From the NCBI GenBank assembly GCA_963744995.1, contig CAVUWA010000009.1, positions 128,001-192,000 on the forward strand: DNA of 64,000 nt. The letters run 5' to 3'. Under the pieces are notes generated by a model that made no database searches, had not been told where the DNA came from, and worked only from the letters and a program-made list of their open reading frames with translations. Origin of the DNA: Candidatus Eiseniibacteriota bacterium. Its GTDB lineage: Bacteria; Eisenbacteria; RBG-16-71-46. The position numbers and the translations under genes were made by a program. Below are positions 47,681 to 57,800 of the stretch, piece by piece (position 1 is the stretch's first letter; the number at the start of each line of letters is the position of its first letter).

Positions 47681-48628
47681 ATGCGTCTTGTGATCGCGTT
47701 AATCGTAGCCCTGCTTGGACTTGGACTGGCGGGCAGTGCCCTGGCTCAGGGAACGGGCCGCTCCCTCGACATCCAGCCCGGCGCGCGCCAGAACGGCCTC
47801 GGCGCCGCGGGCGTGGCCCTCGGCGGGGATGCTACGGGAGTGACCTGGTGGAACCCGGCCGCCCTCGGATTCGTCGAGCGTTCGGCCATCGAGCTGACCT
47901 ACGCCCAGCTGGTTCCCGGGCTCGCGAACGACGTGAGCTACAACTACGCCACCTGGGTCCAGCCGGTGAAGGGCTGGGGCGCCTTCGGCGTCGGCATCGT
48001 GTTCCTGTCCTACGGCGAGAGCGAGGGCACCGACCCCAGCGGCAACTCGACGGGGATCTTCAGCTCCAACGAGTTCTCGCCGGCGCTCTACTACGGGACC
48101 CAGATCTTCCAGGATCTTTCGGTGGGCGCGTCGCTCAAATGGATCCGGATCCAGCTCGCGCCGACCAATGACCATGGAGTCGGCACGACGTTCGGCCTCG
48201 ACCTCGCCGCGCTCTATCGTATTCCGCAGTATCGCGTGAACCTAGGGGTCAATCTGCAGAACCTGGGCCCGAGCGTCACGTTCATCAACGAGGATCAGGC
48301 GAGTCCGCTCTCGCGCAACCTCAAGATCGGCGCCAGCTACGAGGTGTACAGCACGAAGGAGATCGGCGTGCTGGCGGTGTACGACTTCAACCAGTCGCTC
48401 GTCACCGATCAGTTCCGCACCTACAACTACGGGGCCGAGCTGCGCGCTTTCGAACAGCTGGCCGGCCGCATCGGCTATTACAAGGATCCGCTCGGCGAGA
48501 TCGGCGGCTTCACGTACGGCGTCGGCGTCAACTGGGGCAATCTCAATCTCGACTTCGGCAGCATTCCTCAGGCGCGCGACTCGGGGCTCGACAACGTCAG
48601 CAAGCTCACGCTGGGGTATCGCTTCTAG
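47681..48628 (+). CDS. porV: PorV/PorQ family outer-membrane beta-barrel
   Basis: Signal peptide; LDIQPGAR..GLG..A..WWNPA N-terminal signature; GVNLQNLGP; amphipathic strands; ends GYRF. Confidence 0.85.
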   Translation: MRLVIALIVALLGLGLAGSALAQGTGRSLDIQPGARQNGLGAAGVALGGDATGVTWWNPAALGFVERSAIELTYAQLVPGLANDVSYNYATWVQPVKGWGAFGVGIVFLSYGESEGTDPSGNSTGIFSSNEFSPALYYGTQIFQDLSVGASLKWIRIQLAPTNDHGVGTTFGLDLAALYRIPQYRVNLGVNLQNLGPSVTFINEDQASPLSRNLKIGASYEVYSTKEIGVLAVYDFNQSLVTDQFRTYNYGAELRAFEQLAGRIGYYKDPLGEIGGFTYGVGVNWGNLNLDFGSIPQARDSGLDNVSKLTLGYRF

Positions 48629-48721
48629 GCGGCGTCCGGCGGCGCACGACGGGCCGCGTCGCACGCGGGTCCGTCCGACGACCTGCGCCACGACGCGACC
48701 GCAACGGCACGGAACGACCAC

Positions 48722-51700
48722 TTGATTCGCAGGCAGACCCTCATCCTCCTGGCGGTGCTCACCGGTGCCGCCGGGATTTCATTTTCGTCCCGCGCGGCGA
48801 CCCTTGCGGTCGAGCGCGTGCGCGAGCCGGGCACGCAGGCCGTGCAGGGCCGGCGCGCGCTTCCGGCCGCGGGCGCGGCGCTCACGCCCGCGGAAGCGAC
48901 GGGTCTGCGGGCGAAGTCCGAGCGTTGGCGCGGCACCCGCGACTTCCTCACCACGCCGGACGTCAACTGGTCCTCCGCGGCGGCACGCCGGCCGGGCTGG
49001 CGCCCGTCATGGCACGGCCGCGCGGCGCTGACGCCGGCAGACGCCGCCGGGCTGCCGCCGGACACGATTCGCGTCGCGATCATCCGCATCGATTTTCTCC
49101 GTGATCGTGACGGCGGTCAGTCGACGGGGAACGGCCGTTTCGACCTGAGCGGGCCCGACACGACGGTGGTGCCCATCGACCGCCCGCCGCACGATCGCAC
49201 GTTCTATGCACGTCATCTCGAGGCGCTCGGCCGCTACTACGACGCCGAGTCGTACGGCCGGGTCGTGGTGACGGGGGACGTCTGGCCCGCACAGGAGGAC
49301 AGCGCCTACCACGTGAGCGACATGGCGGACTTCGGCCCGTGGGAGTTCAGCCAGGACATCTACGGGGCCGCGGTGCACATGTTCCGCACGTTCCTGTTCG
49401 CGGCGGACTCGCAGTCGGTCGCGAAGGGCGACCGCGTGCCGTGGGACTCCTACGACCGCTTCGTGCTGATCCATGCCGGCGGCGACCTGCAGAACGACGT
49501 CCGCCAGGACAGCCCGCGCGACATCCCGTCGTTCACGATCGGGGTCACCGACACGGACGTGGTGATTTTCCCGGATTCGACGCTGCGCCCGATCGACCGC
49601 GCCTCGTTCATCCCGGAGACCAACAATCAGGACGGCTACTTCGGCGCCATCAACGGCGTGCTCGCGCACGAGTGCGGCCACCTGTTCTTCGGCTTCTACG
49701 ACGTGTACGACATCAACACCGGACGCCCGGTCGTCGGATTCTGGAGCCTGATGGACAGCGGCAACCTGACCGGCGCGCGGATCGCCCTCGCCGACGGCAC
49801 CGAGATCTTCGCCACCGGGCTGGTGCCGCCGAGCATCGATCCGTTCCAGCGGCAGTTCGTCGGCGACGCGCTCGTGCCGAGCGAGGTGGCGTACCCGGAC
49901 ACGGTGACCTTACGTGACAGTGAACGCTTTCCGGACGTGCGCCGGGTGCGGCTGTCCAGCGACGAATACCTGCTGCTCGAGAACCGCTACATCGCCCCGA
50001 CCCCGTTCATCGAACTCGACCAGGACTCGCTGACGCGGGTGATTCTCGGGCCGAAGACCCCGGATCGCTACGAGTACGACGCCCTGCTGCCGGTGCGCAC
50101 GCTGCCGGACGGCACGCCGCTGCCGAGCGGAGGGGCGCTGGTGTGGCACATCGACGAGAGCGTGATCCCGCTCGAATACACCTTCCCGCTCGACACGTCG
50201 CTGCGCGTGAATCCGGACTTCGGCATCAATACCGACTACTACCGACCCGGTATTTCGGTGATCGAGGCGGACGGACTCGGCGACCTCGGCGACCCGAGTT
50301 CGCCCTACATTTTCGGCGCGCCCTACGACCCGTTCTTCCTGTCCAATTACGCGAGCCTCTCGGACACGACGGTGCCCAACCTGCGCCCGCACATCGGCAC
50401 GCGCCCGCACGTGCGGCTGAATTTCCTCGACGATCCCGGGGAGACCATGCGTATCGCTTCGTTCCGCGACTGGCAGCTGGCCGGCTGGCCGGTGCCCGGC
50501 GACTTCCCGCCGGGCGGGCCGCAGCTACTCGCCGTGGATGCCGACGGTGACCGCAACCCGGACGTCTGCTGGGCGGGGGGCGCCGAAGGCAGTCCGGACA
50601 GCACCGGGTTGTTCGCCTACGACGTGCTCGGCACCGGGCTCACGGGTGGCGCGCCGCTGTTCGCGCGCATGAACCGCCGTCCGCGCGAGATCATGGCGGC
50701 GATTCCCACCGGCACGTTCGAGGGGCCCGGGCTCCCGCAGCGCGGCCCCGCACTGTTCGCGGTCTGCACCTACCCCGATGGCCCCGATACCGCGACCGCG
50801 GGCGGGAGAGTCTGGCTGCTCGATCATCAGGGCGCGGTCCAGCCGGGCTGGCCCCCGCCGCTGCCCGCGATCGTGACGACGCCGCCGGTCGCAGGCGGGC
50901 TCTTTCCGAACGTGACGATCTACGTCGGCTGTGCGGACGGACACGTATACGCGCTCGATCTCGCCGGTCAGGTGGTCGCGGTGAGCGACGTGCCGCTCGC
51001 GGGCGGCGTGAGCGGACGGCTCGCGACCACCGGGAGCGCCGTCTCCGGCGGCATGGTGGCCGCGGGCGGGCAGGACGGCGCGGTCGCGGTGTTCGACGCG
51101 GCCACGCTCGCGACCGCGAGCGGCTGGCCGGTCGCGATGGGCGTCGCGGATTTCGTCCCCGACTTCCTCTGGCTGCACATGGCCGGCACCGGCCCCAACG
51201 CGGGGCCCGGCGCCTGCGGCGCCGGTGCGCCCCAGCTGGTGGTCCACCACCGCGCGCGGCTGTGGGCGTTCTGCGCCTCCGGGGAGGCGCTGCCGGGCTG
51301 GGGACGCGACTTCGGCGTGCCGCTCACCGCGGCGCTCGGCGCCGGCGATCCCGACGGCGACGGTCTGCCCGAGGTGCTCACGCAGAGCCGCTCGTCGTGG
51401 GTCGGATTCGTGAACGCGGGCGGCGACTTCTCGCCGGGCTGGCCCAGGCCGGGCACCGACGAGCCGTTTGCAACCGGCAGTCCGGCGCTCGCCGTGGACG
51501 TGGATGGCGACGGGCTGGGCGAGCTGGTGGCGATGAACGCGAGCGGTATCGTGCAGGCCTTCCGCCGCGACGGCCAGCGGCCGGCCGGCTGGCCGCTCGC
51601 GAGCGGCGCGGGCACGATGGGCGCGCCGGTGGCGGCCGATCTCGACCGCGACGGCGCGATGGAGATCGTGGTGCCCGACCATCTGGGCGTGCTCTACGCC

Positions 51701-52123
51701 TACACGCTGCCCGCGTCCGCGACGATCGCCCCGCCCGAGTCGCGGGCGCGCGCGACCTCGTGGACGATGGTGGGAGGCGACCCGGGGCGCAGCGGCTACC
51801 TGCCGGCCGATCGCACCAGCCTCGCGCCGGCCGCGAGCGCGGGCCCGCTGGTGGTGGGTTCGCTCAAGGCGTACCCGAATCCGGCGCGGTTCAGCGCGGT
51901 CAAGTTCGCCTATCAGCTCACCGAACCCGCCCAGGTCACGTTCCGCATCTTCGACACGTCGGGGCACATGGTCACCTCGCTCAGGCAGAGCGGGCAAATC
52001 TCCGACAACGAGGTCGTATGGGAGCCGGGGCGCACGCCGGCGGGGCTCTACCTGGTGCAGGTGCGGATCGAGGGGGCATCGGGCAGCCACGACGAGACGA
52101 TGCAGGTGGGGCTGCTGCGATGA
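48722..52123 (+). CDS. M6 (immune inhibitor A-like) metalloprotease with FG-GAP/GWP repeats and CTD
   Basis: YYDAESYG, IHAG, HECGHLFFGFYDVY, WSLMDSG, EYLLLENR, LVWHID; DxDGDG loops; AYPNP..IFDTSG..GLYLV tail. Confidence 0.8.
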   Translation: MIRRQTLILLAVLTGAAGISFSSRAATLAVERVREPGTQAVQGRRALPAAGAALTPAEATGLRAKSERWRGTRDFLTTPDVNWSSAAARRPGWRPSWHGRAALTPADAAGLPPDTIRVAIIRIDFLRDRDGGQSTGNGRFDLSGPDTTVVPIDRPPHDRTFYARHLEALGRYYDAESYGRVVVTGDVWPAQEDSAYHVSDMADFGPWEFSQDIYGAAVHMFRTFLFAADSQSVAKGDRVPWDSYDRFVLIHAGGDLQNDVRQDSPRDIPSFTIGVTDTDVVIFPDSTLRPIDRASFIPETNNQDGYFGAINGVLAHECGHLFFGFYDVYDINTGRPVVGFWSLMDSGNLTGARIALADGTEIFATGLVPPSIDPFQRQFVGDALVPSEVAYPDTVTLRDSERFPDVRRVRLSSDEYLLLENRYIAPTPFIELDQDSLTRVILGPKTPDRYEYDALLPVRTLPDGTPLPSGGALVWHIDESVIPLEYTFPLDTSLRVNPDFGINTDYYRPGISVIEADGLGDLGDPSSPYIFGAPYDPFFLSNYASLSDTTVPNLRPHIGTRPHVRLNFLDDPGETMRIASFRDWQLAGWPVPGDFPPGGPQLLAVDADGDRNPDVCWAGGAEGSPDSTGLFAYDVLGTGLTGGAPLFARMNRRPREIMAAIPTGTFEGPGLPQRGPALFAVCTYPDGPDTATAGGRVWLLDHQGAVQPGWPPPLPAIVTTPPVAGGLFPNVTIYVGCADGHVYALDLAGQVVAVSDVPLAGGVSGRLATTGSAVSGGMVAAGGQDGAVAVFDAATLATASGWPVAMGVADFVPDFLWLHMAGTGPNAGPGACGAGAPQLVVHHRARLWAFCASGEALPGWGRDFGVPLTAALGAGDPDGDGLPEVLTQSRSSWVGFVNAGGDFSPGWPRPGTDEPFATGSPALAVDVDGDGLGELVAMNASGIVQAFRRDGQRPAGWPLASGAGTMGAPVAADLDRDGAMEIVVPDHLGVLYAYTLPASATIAPPESRARATSWTMVGGDPGRSGYLPADRTSLAPAASAGPLVVGSLKAYPNPARFSAVKFAYQLTEPAQVTFRIFDTSGHMVTSLRQSGQISDNEVVWEPGRTPAGLYLVQVRIEGASGSHDETMQVGLLR

Positions 52124-52902
52124 GCGCCGGACGCGCGGGCGCATGCGGGGCCGCGCTGCTCTGCGCGCTGGCGGCGCCGGGTGCGGCATCCGCACTGCCG
52201 GCGCCGGTCTCGCCCGTCGCCTACCCGCTGCTGGCGGACGAGGAAGCGCCGACGCTGATGTTCGCGCAGCGCGTGATCACCCGCTCGTGGGGCCTCTCCG
52301 AGGACTCGACCTACGTCGTCGTCGACGTGCCCGACTGGCGCTCCGAGGGCGGCGCACTGGCGCTCTCGGCGGCGCTGCCGGGCGCGGGCCAGCTGTACGT
52401 CGGCGAGCACAGCGGCTACCTGTTCCTGCTCGCGGAGATCGCAGGATGGGCCGCGCACCTGTTTCTGGTCGACAAGGCCGAAACGCGCCGCGACGAAGCG
52501 CACCGCTACGCCGGCGACCCGCGGGATCCGTCGAGCAACTGGTCGTTCGAACGCTGGGCCGAGGCGACCGATGAGGATCCGACCGCGCTGGAGCAGCTCT
52601 ACGCCGGGGATCCGACCGCGTTCTACGATCGCATCTCCGACCCGGCGTATGGAGCCGGTTTCGGCAGCGCGGATGCGGGTCAGGTGTACCGCGACCTCGC
52701 CGCCAGCGCCGATCGGCGCCGCCGCTTCGCCCGCTATGCGGCGGTGGGACTATGGCTCAACCACACGGTCGCCGCCTTCGACGCGCTGCGCGCGGCGCGG
52801 ATCCACAATCTGCCGCTCAGGCGCAATCTGGAGCTGCGCATCCGCCCGTCGCTGGGGGAAGGCGGCACGGGTTTCACCGCTTCGATCGAGGGGGCTTTCT
52901 GA
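52120..52902 (+). CDS. Hypothetical membrane/exported protein (DUF5683-like)
   Basis: LSAALPGAGQLYVG..LLAE motif; NH..AAFDA; ends in Phe; ATGA-coupled to the upstream gene. Confidence 0.65.
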   Translation: MSAGRAGACGAALLCALAAPGAASALPAPVSPVAYPLLADEEAPTLMFAQRVITRSWGLSEDSTYVVVDVPDWRSEGGALALSAALPGAGQLYVGEHSGYLFLLAEIAGWAAHLFLVDKAETRRDEAHRYAGDPRDPSSNWSFERWAEATDEDPTALEQLYAGDPTAFYDRISDPAYGAGFGSADAGQVYRDLAASADRRRRFARYAAVGLWLNHTVAAFDALRAARIHNLPLRRNLELRIRPSLGEGGTGFTASIEGAF

Positions 52903-53813
52903 TGAATGCAGCCACGCAACGACCCGCGCGGCGCATCGCATGCGTCGCCATGCTGCTCGCGGCCGCGCTGCCGGCCGCGCAGGCGGGAGTGGCGGGGGCG
53001 GCGGAACCGTCGTTCGCGGCGGCCGGGCCGAGCGGCTTCGGCGGCCGTGCGGCGTGGACGTCGATTGCGCCGGTGTCCGCGGACGAAGTCCTGGCAGGCG
53101 CACCGGTGGAGGCGGCCCCCGCGGCCGCGCCGCTCACCTTCGAGACGCGCGGCATCATGGGCGGCGGACGGCTCGAGAAGGACGGGGCCTCGCGCAGCCC
53201 GTTCGACGCCGATCGGGCGCGGATCCTGCTGCGCTCGCTCACGCTGCCCGGATGGGGGCAGGCGACGCTCGGGCGCAGGACTTCCGCATGGGTGTTCGGT
53301 CTCGCCGAGATCGGCATCTGGACCTCGTTCACCGCGTTCAAGGTGCAGGAGCAGCTGCGCCGCGAGTCGTACGAGAAGACCGCTATGCTGTTCGCCGGCG
53401 TGAACCTCGACGGTCGCGACGACGAGTTCCGGCGCATCGTCGGGTCGTACCTGTCGAGCGACGAGTACAACCAGCTCGTGGTGTTTCGCGACGCCGCCAA
53501 TCAGTTCTACGACGATCCGGCCGCCTACCGGCAGTACATTGCCGAGCACTCGATCGGCGGCGCCAACTCGTGGTCGTGGGCGAGCGTCGACGACCTGCTG
53601 CGCTACCGGTCGCAGCGCCAGCGCGAGCAGCGTGCCGCCAACCGCGCCAACACCGCGCTGGCCCTGGCGATCGGCAACCGCATCCTGAGCGCGATCCACG
53701 CGGCGCGCTTCGCCCATTCGACCCCGCCCGAGCAGCGCAGCTGGCAGATCGAGTACGCGCCGACGGGCGATCGCCCGGGCGATTTCCGGGTCGGGGTGCG
53801 GACCCGGTTCTAG
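52902..53813 (+). CDS. Hypothetical membrane/exported protein (DUF5683-like), paralog of the upstream gene
   Basis: RSLTLPGWGQATLG..LAE; NR..SAIHA; ends TRF; TGATG coupling. Confidence 0.65.
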   Translation: MNAATQRPARRIACVAMLLAAALPAAQAGVAGAAEPSFAAAGPSGFGGRAAWTSIAPVSADEVLAGAPVEAAPAAAPLTFETRGIMGGGRLEKDGASRSPFDADRARILLRSLTLPGWGQATLGRRTSAWVFGLAEIGIWTSFTAFKVQEQLRRESYEKTAMLFAGVNLDGRDDEFRRIVGSYLSSDEYNQLVVFRDAANQFYDDPAAYRQYIAEHSIGGANSWSWASVDDLLRYRSQRQREQRAANRANTALALAIGNRILSAIHAARFAHSTPPEQRSWQIEYAPTGDRPGDFRVGVRTRF

Positions 53814-53817
53814 GCCG

Positions 53818-54864
53818 GTGGACCCGATCACGCTCCGGCGCCCGCTGCGGCGTGCGACCCCGCTCGGGGCGGCGCTGGCCATGGCGCTGGCCACGGGGAC
53901 GGCAGCGGGCGCCGCGCCGCGCCTCGCGGCCGACACCGCGGCGCAGGCTCCGCCATCGGTCGCCGCCGACAGCGCCGCGCCGGCGGATCCCGGCGCCGCG
54001 GCGCTGCTGCATCTCGTCAGCGACGGCGTGATCGCCCCGCACGGCAGCGGACGCGGCGAGGTGCTCGAGCCCGCAGGCCTCGCCGTGGACGCGTTCGGCC
54101 GGATCTACGTGAGCGATGCGGCGCTGCACCGGCTGCAGCGGCTCGATCCCGACGGGCGCTTCCTCAGCGAGGCGGGCAGCCTCGGCGGCGAGCCGGGCGA
54201 GCTCCACCGGCCGGGCGCCGTGGCCCTGCTCGGCGCGCTCGGCGTCGCGGTGCTGGATCGCGAGAACCGTCGCGTGGTCTCGTACGATCTGTTCGGCCGT
54301 TTCCAGGGCATCCTCATCGAGCTCGAAGCCGACGCGCTGGTCGATGAGGTCGGGCGGGTGGACCCGATCTCGATGGCCACCGATCGCGGCGGCGCGCTGT
54401 ACGTCGCGGATGCCGACCGCGACCGGGTCCTGGCGTTCGACTTTGCCGGGCGCTACCTGCGCACGATCGGCGGCTTCGGCGCGCGCCCGGGTTCGTTCCG
54501 CGGGCTCGCCGGGGTCGCCGTCGCCCCGGACGGCGTGATCGTCACCGCCGAGCGCGGCGCGCAGCGCGTCCAGCGGCTGGACGCCGGCGGCCGCCCGATC
54601 GACGCGTGGCCCGCCAGGTTCGCGCACGCGGGGGCGGCAATCGCGATCGCCGTGGACGACAGCGGGCGCGTCGCCGTGGGCGACCCCGCGGGCGGCGGCG
54701 TCGTCTGCTACGCGCAGAACGGCGTCGCGCGTGCCACCGCGTCGGCCGGGGCGCCGCGTGCGATCGCCTTCACGCCGGATGGCCGGATGCTGGTCGCCGC
54801 CGGCGGGCGGATCGTGCGCTACGTCCTCGCGGGGGCGACGCGACCCGCCGGACGGCGGGAATGA
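53818..54864 (+). CDS. NHL repeat beta-propeller protein
   Basis: EPAGLAVDAFGRIYVSD, LYVADADRDRV, GVAVAPDG repeats; signal-like N-terminus. Confidence 0.8.
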   Translation: MDPITLRRPLRRATPLGAALAMALATGTAAGAAPRLAADTAAQAPPSVAADSAAPADPGAAALLHLVSDGVIAPHGSGRGEVLEPAGLAVDAFGRIYVSDAALHRLQRLDPDGRFLSEAGSLGGEPGELHRPGAVALLGALGVAVLDRENRRVVSYDLFGRFQGILIELEADALVDEVGRVDPISMATDRGGALYVADADRDRVLAFDFAGRYLRTIGGFGARPGSFRGLAGVAVAPDGVIVTAERGAQRVQRLDAGGRPIDAWPARFAHAGAAIAIAVDDSGRVAVGDPAGGGVVCYAQNGVARATASAGAPRAIAFTPDGRMLVAAGGRIVRYVLAGATRPAGRRE

Positions 54865-57800
54865 GTCCCGCGGTCCGCGCCGCGCGCGCGGGCCGGAACG
54901 CCGCGGTCGCGCTCCTCTCCATGGCGCTCGCCGTGCCCGCCACGGCACATGCGGCCTCCGCGGGGGCGGAGAGCCACGATCCCGGTTGCGGCGTGATGGT
55001 GCTCGCGCTGCGCGCGGGGGCGCTCCACTATCGGCTGCCGCACGGCTTCATCACCGCGGGCTCGGATTCGGTCTGGGCGCGCGGCTACCCCCTCGTGCGC
55101 GGCCGCGACTACCTGCTGGATCCCCTGCGCGGCGAGCTGCGGTTGCTGCGCGCCGAGACGCCGGGCGACACGCTGTGGATCGCCGCCTGCTGGCTGCTCG
55201 AGCCGCCGCCCACCGACTTCCAGGTGCAGGCCTACCACGAGGTCGGCGCGCCGGCCGCCGACACCACGGCGCCGCCCGCCGCGACGCGCGAGCTGCGGCC
55301 CGCCACCGCGCGCAATCCGGAGAGCGCGGGCGGCGCCTCGCTCTCGCTCACCGGCAACAAGACGATCGCCGTCGATTTCGGCAGCTCGCAGGACGCCTTC
55401 CTCCGCCAGTCGCTCGATCTCGCCATCAGCGGCACGCTGGCGCCCGGAGTCGAGCTCACCGGCGTGCTCACCGACCGCAACACGCCGCTCTCGGCGACCG
55501 GCGCGACGCAGGATCTGCAATCGCTCGACCGCGTGCTGGTCGAGCTGCGCGCGCCGCACGCGACGGCGACGCTCGGTGACCTGACCCTCACGTCGAGACA
55601 GGGCGAGTTCGGGCGGCTCGACCGGCGCCTGCAGGGCGTGCGCGGCACGTGGGACGCGGGCCCGGCGCACCTGGAGGCGGCCGCCGCGAGCGCGGCGGGC
55701 GAATACCATCGCATGCAGTTCTTCGGCGTCGAAGGCCGGCAGGGCCCCTACACCTTGACCGACCGCGACGGCCGCGAAGGCATCTCGGTCGTGGCGGAGA
55801 GCGAGATCGTGACCCTGGACGGCGTGCGGCTGACGCGCGGCGAGAGCGCCGACTATTCAATCGACTACGAGCGCGCCCAGATCACGTTCTCCAACCGGCG
55901 CCCGATCACCTTCGCGTCGCGGATCACCGTGGAGTACCAGTACGCGGTGAATCGCTATCGCCGCAACTTCGCCGCCGCCGGCGGGCGCTGGGAGCGGGAC
56001 GGCCGCTATCTGTTCACGCAGGTCGTGACCGAGGGTGACGATCAGGGACGCCCGCTCGACCTCACCCTCACCGCCGAGGACCGCACGGTGCTCGCGTTCG
56101 CCGGCGACTCGGTCGCGAAGGCGATCGGCGCCGGGGTCACCGCCGGCGGCGGCGACTACGACACCGTGCGGGTGGCGGGCGGCGTCACCGCATTCGCCTT
56201 CGCCGGCCCGGATTCGGGCGCGTTCGCGGTGCGCTTCACGCAGGTCGGCACCGGGCGCGGCGACTACGCGGATTCGGCCGTGGTCGCCGGGCGTACGATC
56301 TACCGCTACGTCGGAGCGGGCAGCGGCGACCATGTGGTGGGCCGCGGCCTGCCGCTGCCCGAGTCGCACCAGCTGTGGTCGGGCGGCGCCGGCGTCGTCC
56401 GCGGACCGCTCGCACTCGAGGTCGAAGGGGCGGTCTCCAGGCTCGATCGCAACACGCTTTCGAGCTTCGACGACGGCGACAACGCCGGGACCGCGGGACG
56501 CGCCTCCATCGCGCTCAGGGGCGCGCTGCCGGGCACGGTCGCGGACGGGGCGGGGTTCGCCGTCGATGCGCGCGCGGTGGGCCGGCGCTTCCAGCCCTTC
56601 ACGCGGCTCGAGGCGCCGTTCGCGGAAGAGGACTGGGGCCTGCCGGTGGGCGCCGACCTGGAGAACCAGCGCCGCGTGGTCGCGAGCGCGTTCTACCGGC
56701 CGCGTGCGGGCGGTGAGTTGCAGGCGGAGGGCGGACGCCTCGAGACCCCCGGCGGATTCACCTCGTGGCGCCGCGGCGTGGACTGGCACCGTGAGGGCAC
56801 CGTGGTGACGCGCGCGAGCTGGTCCAGGGCGGACGGTCGTCAGGACGGCGCGCGCTACCCGGGCGGCGGCCGCGAGCAGCGCTCGGCCGCGCTCGCATGG
56901 CGGCTGCCGTGGGTGGAACCCGGGGTGCGCGCCGCGTCCGACGAGCGGCGCTTCCCGAGCGACTCCGGGCGCGTCGGCGACCGCTACCGCGAGGGCGCGC
57001 TCGAGCTGCGTTCGGGGCGTCTCGTGCCGTGGCGGGTCACCGGCAGCTTCGCGCTGCGCCGCGACGCCCGGCTGAGCGACGGGGGCTTCACCGATCAGAC
57101 CGAAGCGCGCACCTCACGCCTCGCGCTCGAGAGCCCCGCCGGCGGACGGTTCGGCGGCGCGCTGACCTGGCAGCGCCGTGACGTGCGTGCACTCGCCGCG
57201 GTGCCCGGCGGCCGCAGCGATCTCGCCAGCGTCAGGTTGCGCGCCGACGACCCGGCGCGCGGGCTCGAGACGCGCGCGAACGTCGAGCTCACCTCCGAAG
57301 GCCAGACCCGGCGCACGCGCCGGCTCGTGTTCGCAGGACCCGGCGCCGGTTCGTACGACGCGCTCGGCAACTTCGTCGGCACCGGCGACTACGACCTGGT
57401 GCTGGTCGTCGACGCCGGGCTCGATCTCGTTTCCCGCACGGTGACCAGTGCGCGCCTCGCCTGGAACTTCGGCGGCGCCGATGCGTGGCGCGGCTCGCGC
57501 GCGTCCTTCGACTACGAGACCGAGGCGCGACGCCGCGGCGCTTTCGAGGCCCGCGACGTGGTGATCGCCCCGGGCGCGGTGCTCGGCGACCCCGGTCTGG
57601 CTCGCGGCTCGCTCCTGCAGCGCTTCGAGGCCGATCTGGCGCCGCAGTCGAGCGCCGCCGCATTCCGGGTGCGGCTCGAGCGCCGGGTGACGGCCGACCG
57701 CTCCTACGAGAACTTCGCGCAGACCCAGGACGCGCGGCAGGCGAACCTGCGCTGGCGCGTGCGCCCGGGCGGCGCGACCAGCGCCGAGCTCGAAGCCACG

